From the NCBI RefSeq assembly GCF_052425735.1, contig NC_135765.1, positions 31,558,001-31,622,000 of the forward strand: 64,000 nt of DNA, read 5' to 3'. Shown in pieces: positions 19,382 to 32,044 of the stretch. Both the position numbers and the translations under genes were made by a program. The stretch's first letter is position 1. Each line of letters opens with the position of its first letter. Source of the stretch: Oculina patagonica. Lineage: Eukaryota. Under the pieces are notes generated by a model. The model had not been told where the DNA came from and did no database searches. It was given only the letters and a program-made list of their open reading frames with translations.

Positions 19382-22300
19382 ATGGATTGGAACGTCGAAG
19401 AAGTCGTTCACTGGTTAAAAGAAATAGGGCTTTCAAAATACGCCAAGAGATTTAAAGGTAGGTAGTTTTTATAAAAAATTACTTTAACCTTTTCTTTGAC
19501 CGGATATACTTGCCTAATGAAATAAAATCAACTCTTTAATGCTTCAAGACTCTCTCTCTGAATTTGACCAGCCGTGTAGATTGAAGTGACGCTAAACAAA
19601 ACTGTCGCAAAGTTCTGAAAGTTGTGCAATATTCGGCATAAAGCACTTGAGTTTTTATAAAATTTCTTATCAAGGTCCACTATCGTGGAAAGTTGTGTAA
19701 TTTTGCTGATATTTAGCTCTGTTTTGTTAGCTTTCACAGTTGAATTCTCATGTATTAGTTATGATTTGTGATTTGTATTTTAGGGTACTTGGTGAATGGA
19801 GCTGTCTTAGTGCAAATGGACGAAACATTACTAGGTAAGTATATATGGCGGCAAAGTTGACCTTGATATTTAGTACTGCCATAACTTACCATAGGTCTAT
19901 ACGTGTTTTAGTTACTCCCGCTGAGGGCTTCTGAAAGTTCTCTCTTATCCTGTGTCCCGCACACTTAATTTAAGCGAGTCTCCTGGCTTAACTCAAATTA
20001 TCTACCTGCAATCGTGTCTAGAAGCACGCGTAGAAGTTCTACTCTATAAACAAACATACATTAGAAACCACAACACAAGTATCTTCTACAATATTCGAAC
20101 AGTAGTTTCTTGAAATGCTCTATACTTTGGCCGGATATATATTGCTGAGGCTGTTACAGTCTAGATGATTTTCGAAAGCTTTAGAAAGTTTCTCTGTATC
20201 TGTACGAGCCTTTGTGGCTAATAGTACAAAAGTTGTAGATTTGTACGCTAAGTACAGATGTCACTGAAAGGATAACCAGCTTCAGTTATTGTTTATGTAC
20301 TTCATTTGTGATCATATGTTAGAGCTTCATTCTCAATCCCTTATCTTCAAGCAGATAATGCGTAAGTCTATATATTAACTCGGTAGTTTTGCTATTTAAT
20401 TAGGGTAACAAGAAAAATAAACACTTTTCTATCGTTTGCTCTTGCTTGTGTAACAAATATTTTCAGTCTTTGAGCTAAGTTTTCGATAATTATTCCGCTC
20501 GCCTTTGTTTTCAATCCATTCGCTTGTCAAAGCAGGCAAAAAGACTAACAATGGCGAAATGAATTATTTCCATTGAACCGTAATTGTCCATTATCTCTAC
20601 TAGCGTAATGTTTTATGCTCCACTTAACTAAACCACGAATTAGCGATTTCATGCAAATCCTGCAAAGTCACGACAACACCAAATTGTTGTTTCGCAACTG
20701 TTTGCTCTGACTTTGTTTATACTTTGATTAATAGTTTATCACTTTACGCTAAAGCTGAATGTATGGAAATATAAACAACCAAAACTTAGCTTAAAATATC
20801 AGCTTTCATCCACAAACAAAATTGAAGATTTTTAATAAAGAAGTGTAGCTTTTAAGGAAGTCAGTATTCAGAAACCGACCACGGTGATGATTTCTGGGTA
20901 ATATTGTGCTTGTTTTGATTTTCAATTCACACAGATTGAACCCGATGGAACTTAATATATATGTTTGCCTGTGGAAGAGGCAATAGAAGCTCCATAGTAA
21001 TAAAAGATTTTCAGAAGAAGTTAAAGTAATAACCGGTTCTTTTCCGAATCGAACAAAAATGCTCGTACTTGATCGTACATGTGCACTAGCCATATAACTA
21101 ATCGGTAAAAACGGAAAATGTAGACGGCAAACTGATCCTGACGGCTACAGCGGTCAAAAATAAGCAAAATAGTTAAAAAACTAAAAATATATTGAAAAAA
21201 CTTTGCCTGATCCAGGTCTTCAAGAGATCCCGCACCATTCATCGGTTTGTCACTGAGATATTGCAGATTTTTATAGATTTGTAACTAATGTAACGTTTTA
21301 ATGAACTTCTTTTTTCAAGTTTAACTTTGATAGACATACACATACTAGCTGGATTTAGGATTTTAGAGTTTTCTTTTAGATCAACTTATATACCATTCTC
21401 AGAGACCCAGGGGCAGTTAGTGGGAGCGGGGGAAAGTCTATACGGGCGAAAACAAATCGGCGAAGAAAAGTCAATTCTTCGCCGATTTTTTCTCCGAGGA
21501 TGCTTATATACTGCAAAGTTTATGAAACACAAATTTTTTGTGCTCCAAAGCTGCAGAGATGTTTTCTTAAAAAACAGGCAGATTGTCTGGTTCACAGTCT
21601 TTTCAATACTTGCTCTGTGGAGATGTGAAAAGTTTTTATACCCTCCAAAGCGACGGACTCAACAAGCCCAGTTTAAAGGCAAAATCAACACTTATCTTCA
21701 TGTTTGTCCTTCTTCTGTTTTCTTTTTAGATGATCTTGAAGTCACCGATCCTAATGACCGGAAAATTCTTCTCGGCGAGACCGCTAAGCTGAACTCGGCA
21801 CAAAGCGACGAATCACAAGCGTTGTCTACGATGAAAGAAACACAAAGCACGGTACAGAGTGCACCAGTTTTAGACACTCCACTCATAACTGTGAGCAATT
21901 TTGATGACGGTGAAAACGGACCAAGATTGGTTGTCGTATGTGATAATGATGACGATGACATACTGAACAACAATCGGAGAATATCTAATGAAGAATTGAT
22001 AAATCAAAGAATTATAAATTTGGCCTACAGAGATGGAGAAGACTCAACGACAGACGATAATTCTGAGAGAGACTTTAGTTTTAAGGACAGTGATGAAGAA
22101 CAAGGCTTTGGTAAGTAATGCATTTTTATTTTTACCTGATAAAACAAATGTAACACTTCTTAACAAGAAACAGCTCCCTGTTTCATTGTGGACGGATTTT
22201 GCACGTAGTGCATCCCTATGTCCCGAGAGAAAGCCAAGGTTTACCGCGTTCCGTCCCAACCCTCCAAGGAGAATGACTCGTACCGTTTCATCGATCCCGC

Positions 22301-25300
22301 GATTCGTGGGACCGGATGATTTCCGCAACTGTTGCCAAAGTAAAACAAATAATAGAAAAAAAACAGTGATATTTGGCTTTTTCTCTTTCTGTAGATATTT
22401 ATGACGACACAGCTGTTGAGTCGACGCCTGTAGCGTCCGCAGTTGCTACAAGAGCGACACAAATGGTCGAACTGTTGTCACGTGATAATGTGGCGTTGAG
22501 AGAAAAACTGGAGAGTGTGTACCTCAAGATGAATAACATGCAAATGGTAAGAAAAATATCTTTTATTATTCTAGCCTGCGGCTCGTGGATCTACAATAAC
22601 AATGTTATGACGAGATTTATCATCAATAAGAGAACAGACGCATAAAAAACTGACGTCAATTTGTTAAATGGAACATGCGCAGTCGCAGCACGTGTGTCGC
22701 AATCCTGACCTTGATCACAGAGCCTTCGCTTTTATGGACAGCGGATTTGTGCCAGTAGAAGAGAAAGCATTGGCAACGAGGGTTTTTGGTGGCCAAGCAA
22801 TGAGAAAGCCGACAATAAGATATCAGGAATGATATTAATAAGGAACTTCTTACCTTAAATGCCAAATTGCTGGCGCCCTCATTGGCTAATTTTTATCATC
22901 AATAAAAGGCACAGACATGAAGCTGGCGCTGACGCGCGGATCTGAAAGAAATATATAATGGAAGGGTTGTAAGTTCTCGATATAGCGACCAACTGCTTGT
23001 GAGCAGAATTCCTTTAAGACTGAATTCAGCTGTTAAGCGGAAACTATAGGAATTTGTTTTAGTTTGACGTGAAAATTTATCGAAATGGAATCTGGTGTTT
23101 GTTTTGCCGTGTTCAAAATAATTGGCGAGAGTGGATTTAAGCTCGGGAATACTTCAGCGAGTTTTCAAGAGCTTCCAAATAGAGCAAAGGTTTGTTTCAG
23201 GCAAAATTTATTCTTGAGTTATTTTACGTATGATTTGAAGGTTAACTTGGCCGATATTTTATCAATTGATTTCAACTCTTGACCTCACTCTTGTGAAACG
23301 TTTGTGTCTTTTCACCGAGTTGAACTTTGTTTTAAGTTTTTAATTTTTGTTTGGTAATTTTAAGCTGAAATAGACTTAAAAATCGACTTTTGTTATATAT
23401 TGCAGCTTGAATGCGAGCTAGAGAGCATGCGCACTGCTTATGAAGAGCTACAAATGTCGTTCAGAAAACGAGAAAGCCTTGAATACAGCACAAGGACACG
23501 AATGGAATCCGAGATGAGCAAGCTACAGGAGAGCAACAGAAATCTGCAAGGTGAGAATATATTGAATTTATAAACAAAAATTCTTGTAAAAAAAATAGGT
23601 GAAGTGTAATTATTCTGATTTGCTTTAAACCTCTATTCAGAGGAGGAGTAATATTCAGTAAAGGAAAGTTTTGTTTTGCTCGATAGTATACAAAGACCCG
23701 TCATTTTAGCATGTGGCAAGATAAATATTATATTATCAAGGCTAGAAACTGAACACGAAAGCTTGTGGTAAATAAACTCACTTATGAGTGAAAATTAAGA
23801 GATACACATCCAGGTCACGAATATAATCAGAGCGAAAGGCAACTAATTTATTGCGGAAGAATTTTTTAAGGTCAGAAGAGGCAAAGTTGAGTTCCAAATA
23901 TATCTATGGTTTTGCACCTTAAAATGTAGCTTTCAAAAAAGCTAGGGATAAGAGGTATATAATAGAGGTAAAAACGCTTCTAAAATTAAAAAAATAAACG
24001 GCTTTTTGGCATTCAAGAATTGGGTTCACAGGAAAATATTATTAAAAATATTTTGCAAAATACAGATGGCGACTCAAACACGCTATTTAATGACCCATGG
24101 GTTTGTATTTACATTGAATTGGAAATATAGTAAAATTTTCAAAAGTGCAATATTTTTAAGGACGTCTTTTAAATCGATATCTGATCATGGCTTAAAAATT
24201 TATAGAAGCTAGGTCACGCGTTTTTAAAATTGAACGAAACTTGGTAGTTAGAATGAAAAACAAAGGAAAAAAGGATAGTGCGACTTAGAAAAGACTGTAG
24301 CGTATTGTAGCTTATTGTAAAGATGACTATTTTGTTTCTCCGGCACCAAGCAAAATCAAGTCTTCGTCTGCAATTTGTATCAGATGAACACTGGGTTCAT
24401 ATTAAATACTCAGACATCCAAGACAGACATCCAAATTTACAGCATGTTTAATATCCTTTTTAATATGTTCAAAGCCTTGTAGGAAATTCAGTAAAAAATC
24501 GGACAAAATAGCGGGCATGAGCAAGCTAACCTTTTACATCAAGGTGCATCATGGCATGCATTTGTGAACTGCTATAATACGGATAGTAGATATGAAGTTA
24601 ATGGGTCCGCCGTTAAGAAGATGGGAAGAAAGCTGATTAATCGACATTGAGCACATGAAAAGGGCAATTGACAACGTTTAAGAGCAAATTAAGTGCGATT
24701 AGTTTGTATTGATGCAGTAAGACTGAAGACTACGGAAGAACTCAAAGAATAACACAGAAAATAATATTTGATGGTAATACCACCGAATAAATGAAACGAT
24801 TGTGTTTTGTAAAGGTAGGATTAAATGTTAATACATGTAACTAGGAAAGAGTGCTGAGTTTATTTATGAAAACGATAGCAAATGGTAAGCATATCTCTTT
24901 TTGTTGTTTCAAGAAAATGATAGCACATTGATATTGTCAGTTATAGGGACTGTGTCACGGATTTTAGCTAAATTTAAGCATGGGAAAATGACCATCTAAT
25001 CCGTTGAAATATAAAATTAACCTCTTAAAACAGTAAAGGAACGTTTCAACAACACACCAAATACAAAAGAAAGTACGGATGGCCAAAAGTGACGAAGATT
25101 GAAACGGATTGCGATATGAGTTTTTGAAATAGTGTTGGGCTGAACAGTTTTCAAAGTTAGTCTCGTTTGCTTGTAACTTTAAATTATAACGCCTGTGAGA
25201 CACATTTGGTGGCAGTGAAGCTATAGTTTTGTCATTTGGATCCATAGAAGTAATTTCTTTGCAAAACATTAAGTTTCATAGGGAGTATTTGGCAAAACTT

Positions 25301-28300
25301 AAAAGATTAAACTTAACTCAGCCGTGACAAAGTCCCTTTTAAAAACTGTCTTCTTATTTTAATTCTCGTCGACAGCTGAGCTAGACACATGCAAGGACGA
25401 AGTTGAGCAAGGAAAGGTAATTCACTGAAATAGAACAGTTAATTTAAAACGATGCTGTATTGGACCTGAATAGCAGTCGCTGCCATTAATTAGCGTCTAC
25501 TGACTCTATGAACAAAAAGGAAAAACGATCGAAAAGCCGATGTTTTCTCTCGCCTTACGATCGTTTGGCTCGACAATCTGACGCTCTTTTCGCGCCTTAC
25601 ATAGGCTATGCCTCCTGACAGGCACTCAACAAATCGACATGTGTCCAGATCTCACATCTTAATCGCTAAGGAGCATGTATTTGACATAAGTGCTATATTA
25701 TTTATTCAATATTCATTCAATATCCCCTCAACGTTTAATATGTTCTGCCTGTTTTTTTTTTTACAGAAATCACTAGAGAAGTTCAAAAGTGATCTACAGC
25801 TAAAGAATGAAGTCATTCGACAGCTCATCGCTCAAAGTAATGCAACAACGCTCTTATTGAGCTACATTTTAATGTCTTTTATCCTGCAGACCCCACAAAT
25901 AACAGATACCTACACCACCCCGGACAACAATATGACAAATAGCAAAAAGAATGACAAAAAAAAAAAGAAATCAACAACGTAGGGATATTATCTCGATTCA
26001 CCACCAGATTTTCAAAAGTAAACCTTAATGAGAATATATTTCACTGATTTTGTGACTGTACGTAAATGTTAATATTGGTGCCAAGATGTTATTTTGACGC
26101 TGTAAAGAAATTGATTGCTTTGACATGTATTTATAGCTATGATCTCATTTCATTTATATTAACTTTTTAATATTGAAGGGGGGATAGAATAATGGCATGA
26201 TGACGTTTCTGGCTTTCTCTTCAGCTCCGATGCATCCAAGGAGCAGAGCCCTTTCTTTTCCACTGATATACTTGAGCCTCCTCTCTTAAGAGAGGCTCTG
26301 TTCGCAGGGGTGGCTCCGATGTTGTTCAAATGATTTGTTGTGGTTGCTGCTATTTTGCTAAGTATTAACAAACAGTTTGTAAACGATGTATCATTCAATA
26401 AGAGAAGTTGCAATGCTTTCCATAAATAACGTTTCTTTCAGTTAGATTTTTATAAAATGGAAAGAAAACCAGGCCCAAAAAAGGTTAGTGTGGCCGTGCT
26501 TGGGTTTTACATTGCCATGATATTGTCTTACTTTAGGTAACGGCTTTGCATCCACAAGAGATGAATTAGAAGATACATTAAAACAGCAAAGAAAACAGAT
26601 TGAAGAACTCGAAAGAGACAAAGATCATCTGAATTCTTCACTGGTACAGAGTGGAGAGAGAATATCCTTTCTTCAACAAGAGGTGAAAATCAATGCACAT
26701 AGTTAGGCCAAGTAAAAAAACCAAATGGTTCTCGTCTGGATATGTATAAAAAAGAGAGCGGGCGGGCGCTTTTTAGTTATTTTTTATTTTTTATCAGTTT
26801 TGTTGTGTTCCTTACCTGTGTTGTTCGAATATCTTCTAGAAAATTCTCTAGAAGCGAACTTGCAAAATAAATCCTGCAAGGTAATTGACCTATCCAGTAC
26901 GGACCTGGCCGGCCAAGGCTTTAAAATTTTGGCTTGGGTTCGTATTAAAACGCAGACAAAAGCCATGTCTTACAGAATTTTTAACTACGTACACAGTGAA
27001 AGTAAAGCCTGTTGGTTTTATTTTCGTTCCAACTTTTTCAGTGACAAATAATAAAAAAGAGGGGTGACCCCAAAAAATGAAGCGGGCGGGGACGAGAAAC
27101 ATTTGTTTTTTTGTTGTTGTTGTTGTTGTTTTGTTTTGTTTTGTTTTCTTTACTTAGCCTTATGTCGTTTATGTGGTTTCCGAAACACTAAAACTTGTCT
27201 AAAACTCGGATAAAGGATAGATAAACGATATATATATGCACTAACAGACTGAAGTGTTTTATTACAGCTCAAACAGCAGCTACACACAAATCACGTGAAT
27301 ACCACGAGGAAGGCACATGGTGCACACGTGACGGAAAGTAACTCGGCAAATCAAGACACGTGTTCAACGACGGAAGAAAAGATGCCACATCACCGACACT
27401 CAAACTCGGCTGACGAAGGAATCGCTGAATTAGATGGACCTATAAGTGTACCCATCTTGTTGGAATTGTTGAGAGAAAAAGATGATAGAATTCAAGTGCT
27501 TGGAGAAAATATATCACGGGTAAGAGTCGACCTACAAATTCTCCTAACTTATCAAGGACACGGGGATTTCGCAGATTTTTGGTCTATTAGTGGTAGGCAA
27601 CTTTACCCACAAAAAACCGCCTTGTCTTTGAACATCTAAAGGAAGATATAACCTTAATTTGCGGATAGAAATCAACCTACAGCTTTAAATATCGATTGTT
27701 TGATGGCGTGCGAAAACAACTTGAAAGCGTAAGCCTAACTTTTTCGAGTTGCAATCCGTTTCCATCCGAGCCATCCGCAGCCAAAGATGGTCGTTAACAG
27801 TGCTCTAATATAGCAATTTGTAATAAAAATGGATTATTATTTTTAAGTTTTCTGCGACACAAATATAAATTTTTGCTGTTCAAAAAACACGTAAAATCCG
27901 TGACATAGATAGAAACTTTATTAAGAATGTCATCAACCACCTAGCTGGGGAAAAACTCTCCTACTAATACGGGGACATAACAAAAAAGAGTTAAACTAAG
28001 TAGTAGCAGTTATGGAAGATTTTAAGAGACAGGAAACTGCGACCTTGGTTCTGGACAGTTTAATCGTCAAAGAATGTATCTTTCATTATATTATGGCAGT
28101 TAATGTCACGAACTAGTATACCTAAACATTTAAATTATATCAATGAATATTTGATTAAAAATATAACACAAACAGCGGTGATAAACATTATGAAAAATCG
28201 CATTTTTATAAACTTGACGTCAAGTTTATTAAAATGCGATTTTTCATAATGTTTATCACCGCTGTTTGTGTTATATTTTTAATCAAGTTACGATGGCCTA

Positions 28301-30007
28301 AAACCAAGAGTCTCAATGAATATTTTCTTTCTTTTTTCTTTCAGCTCGAACAAACATTACTACAAGAAGGTACCTCAAGAAATTTGGCCATTAGAGCTGT
28401 TTCTGTGCCAAAGTAAGTTCGCTCTTGTTTGTAACATTTGTGTCTTTTATACCACTTTATAAAGCAAAAAAGTTATAACCGCTGGCAAGCTCGGGAAAAC
28501 ATGGCCAAAAAACGCAGAAAAACGGACTGAGATTTCTCGATTAAAGCCAGGAAGAGAAGGTTTCTGATAAACGCTTTTTGATTTCTTACCCAGGGAGGCG
28601 CGGATAGCTGCGCTGGAAAAATCAATACAAGAACGAGAAAAGATCATTGCTGAATGCAGAGTAGAAAATCTGAAATCCGTCGAAGAATTGTACGTCGCTA
28701 ACAGACGGTGTGCGGACTTAGAAGCCATGTAAGTTTGAGAAAATAGATGGTTTTGAAAATACTAAAAACAATTGAAACCTGTAGATGTGACATATTAAAA
28801 GACAACTTGTTATTTTTTGCCGTCACTGTAGAATCAAATCACTTCACTCGCAGTTAGCAGAGAAGACAACAAGACTTCGTCTTCTTCAAAGCAACAACGA
28901 CGGCGAAGATGAACCGAACGAGCCCGAATGGCCTTTGGACCCAGCCTTCTGTCGGACAGACTTCGCCCAAATGAAAGACCTGGCTCGAGACTCGTGTAAG
29001 TAGTAAGAATATACTTCCTTAGAAGCTGAGACAACTTTTTACTAACAAATGCCTAAAACTATCGTTTTTGATAAGAATGACAAATGTTCTTTCAGTTTTG
29101 ACACCTTACCTTGGCTTTGTGGACAAGTGAAATGATTGTTCGCAATGTCTGACATACTACTATATTCAGATTTACCCTGAGGCCAGTTTCTGATCATAAA
29201 AAACTCAATTTCCACTATGTTCCCAAAAACATTTAAAGCCGGGTTTTCAATAACTCTCTATTCTAAAGAACACTTATTTTTCATCGCTTAAGCGTGGAAG
29301 GAGCGCCAGTTAAATACTGGAAAGGATACCGTCACCAATTCAGGACATTTTTTTTTTCAGATGCAGAATCACTCGACTCAGGAATGTCACTTACAAATGC
29401 ACTAGACGTGAGACACACAGACCCAGAATACAAGGTATTTTATAAAATAACCGAAGATACTGCGCATGCTAGTTAAAATCGGCCAAAAGTTATCAACTAT
29501 TGTAACAGATCGCCGCAAATTCCGTATTGATGACGGACGCTACAGAAATCTGTGAAGTGTCTCTTATTAGTTCCTGCTCAATTTTGAACGACTAACCGCG
29601 ACCAATCGGAAGAACACTACACGGATCTCTTTACAATTAAACTAGATGTTCTTTTGATGGACTCTGCAAAGTTGCGGCGCTCTCGTCACAATTGTTTCGG
29701 CTCCCTCTTCTTTTTTCGCCCCTGAGTTGCTTCGAGCAAACTGCCAATCAATTTTGGAACTCATTGCGCCACAAGAACATCCGGTTTGACTGTAAAGCAA
29801 TGTCGAGGTCGATCACTTCTTGGGCAGGAAAGAAATGAACGAGCAATTCAAACAAGTTGTCTGTTTTCTTAGACTGGTAGCTTAGTAGACCTCTTGGGTT
29901 GTTGGAAGAAAATACTGAAGTCTTATTCTAAATAATATCGTAAACTTTTTCTTTTTCAGACAATCGACGAACCGGACCAACTGTCAATCCACTATTGGTC
30001 TGTTTAA
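19382..30007 (+). CDS. Angiomotin (Motin) family protein with N-terminal SAM domain, 14 exons, about 600 aa
   Basis: Exons 19382-19457, 19784-19834, 21730-22110, 22395-22546, 23406-23550, 25376-25416, 25767-25836, 26537-26682, 27268-27519, 28345-28412, 28594-28728, 28832-28995, 29361-29434, 29960-30007; 1803 nt in frame. SAM: WNVEEVVHWLKEIGLSKY..VNGAVLVQMD..DLEV..DRKILL. Motin blocks: RATQMVELLSRDN, KRESLE, LLELLREKDDRI, ELYVANRRCADLE, IKSLHSQLAEK. Confidence 0.85.
24945..25337. mobile_element. Non-autonomous DNA transposon (Kolobok-like MITE)
   Basis: TIRs AGGGACT.TGTCACGG with T/A-rich 4-bp flanks. Confidence 0.55.
28151..28286. repeat. Near-perfect 136-bp palindrome
   Basis: 68-bp arms, no loop, one mismatch, centred on TGACGTCA. 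Confidence 0.9.
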
Positions 30008-30967
30008 ACGCCACGGTCTGGATTGTAGACTCTAGCTTTTAACGATATCAAACTGAAGTGTAAAAATAACTAAAAGCTGTCATTTAATAGGCGTAGTAAC
30101 AGCAACGTTCGTCAAACCTCGTCCCAGCGTCCTCTCAGACATTTAAATTCTATAAAGATGGTGACCACCCACCAAAGTGGCCGCCATAATAGATTTGAAT
30201 ACCCGACAGGGACCTGGGGGCAAGGGTTATAGATAAAATCAGTAAGGCATATGCAGAAGGAAGCACGGTAAAAAGCACTGTAATATTATACCTTTGTACT
30301 GTAAATAGACAATTTGTGGATAGAGATATTATAGTAAATATATTTTATTCCTTAAATTATTTTCAAAAACATGTTATCCTGTATACAAATAAGAGTTTCT
30401 AATACTGTTATGACTGATTATATTTAATAGCATACTGACAATTGCAGATCACAAGATCATTCATACATCAATAAGTACAGCAGTACAAAAGCAAAAACAA
30501 TTAACTCGACAACCATATTACGTCAGTAAAGTAACGGAAAGAGTCATGTAGCAGCTCTCGCAAGATAGGCTAACGCATAGATGACTTTCTACCCTTCGAG
30601 AGAACAATAGAACAAACAACGAGAAAAACGCCCCTAGCCCCAGAAAGAATGGCTACTGCCACAGCTAGGAAACCAGTAAAGTTACGAGCTTTCGAGATCT
30701 GCTACAAAACTTGATGAAGAATCAGAAAGTAGCGAAATCTTTACCCGTATTTAAAAGCTCTGGAGGCGTAACTTTAGGGTAGCTTATATTTTTGGGTAGT
30801 CGTTACTTTCAGGGAGAGTTCTGCTTCGACTTATAGCAAAAAATCTAGCTTGAAAATAAAATGTGAAAATTAAAAACAAAATGCTTGTTGTATGTTTCAT
30901 TGCTTCAAGGGAAGTGTGGGGCTGACAACATCAGCAGATCATAACAGTGAATGTTCACACGACTATT

Positions 30968-31171
30968 ACAGTGCGACGTGCCTTACCGTGGCCACCCAAC
31001 AAACTTTTTTTACAAGTGTCATCTTATAATATTGGTGATAAATATGATGTAACAAGCATCTTTTAAATCGTATTCAACTTTGCAAGGAGGCGTGTTCGTC
31101 AAACAAATAATATTACGAAAGCACACTTGTGAAAGAGTTTGGGTGGCAACGGTAAGGCGCGTCACACTGTA
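30968..31171. mobile_element. Tc1/mariner-type MITE
   Basis: Inverted repeats CAGTG.GACG.GCCTTACCGT.GCCACCCAA with TA flanks. Confidence 0.6.
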
Positions 31172-31619
31172 AAAGTAAGACAAAGGAACTGCCGAATGTG
31201 CCTTTTACTTGCGTGCGTCAAAGCTACCGTGATTTATGTAAAAAGTTGTAATGGCTTTGATGCGCATCAAATGTTTGACAAAGGTGAAATATCAAAGGTA
31301 TTCTATACCTTTCAATGTATCTTTATTCTTCGATGTGAATCAAAAGCTGATCAATACCATCCCTCCGCGCATTGCCATTTTCGGATAATTTATATATTCG
31401 TTGAATAAACTCCCTGCTGTAGAAAAGGTTGCCCATAATTAGGTTAGCCATAAAACAGAGATCCAGCTAAAATGATATAATATCATCTTCAGAGGCGGCG
31501 GAACGTTTTGAAACGTGTCTGGCATCGTATTCCAAGCCAAGCACATACCCCCCCCCCCCGGGGGGGGGCGAATCCCCCTACTCAAATTTCCCAACATGTC
31601 TTTAACAGTGTCCGGTGTG

Positions 31620-31900
31620 TCCTTATTCGATTTGTGACAATACATAACTAGGCCGTTCAGACGATCCCGTTTCATGGTGCTTTTTTGGGTTGTTCTTTAG
31701 ACGTTGGAGGGGTGAAACTGTACGCTCTGAAGTCGCTAATGCCACAGCTAATATCAAATACAATCTTAACAGATTGCGGGCCTCTCCTAGTAGCCGTCTG
31801 GGGAAACGAGTTTCGTTTGAAGTCCTACACCATATTAAACCCGCCAAGCACGATCTTGATGAAACGATTTGTGTCTTGACAAACCAATATGATTATGCTA
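31620..31900 (-). pseudogene. Decayed hAT (ZMYM1-like) transposase C-terminal dimerisation domain
   Basis: LLRLYLILAVALATSERTVSPLQRLKN, then frameshifted MKRDRLNGLVMYCHK, resembling the hAT motif aERsFSaLrRlKt.lRstM...RLn.L...vH. Confidence 0.7.
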
Positions 31901-32044
31901 CGCAAAAATGACGCAAGTGATACTTACAGCACTGAAATGTGGGGGAGGGGGGTTGAGCCTCCCAAAATTTTGTTCGAGGAGGCTGCAGCCCACCCTGCCC
32001 CTTTGCTCTACCGCCATGACCTTTTGACAAATTGAATTCAGTTT

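Noticed and set aside
21327-21729. N-terminal part of the 263-aa ORF
   Set aside because: Intronic, upstream of a clear acceptor at 21729; only the downstream part is exon.
28234-28344. Signal-peptide-like ORF MRFFIMFITAVCVIFLIKLRWP
   Set aside because: Lies in the palindrome arm within an intron; repeat-derived.
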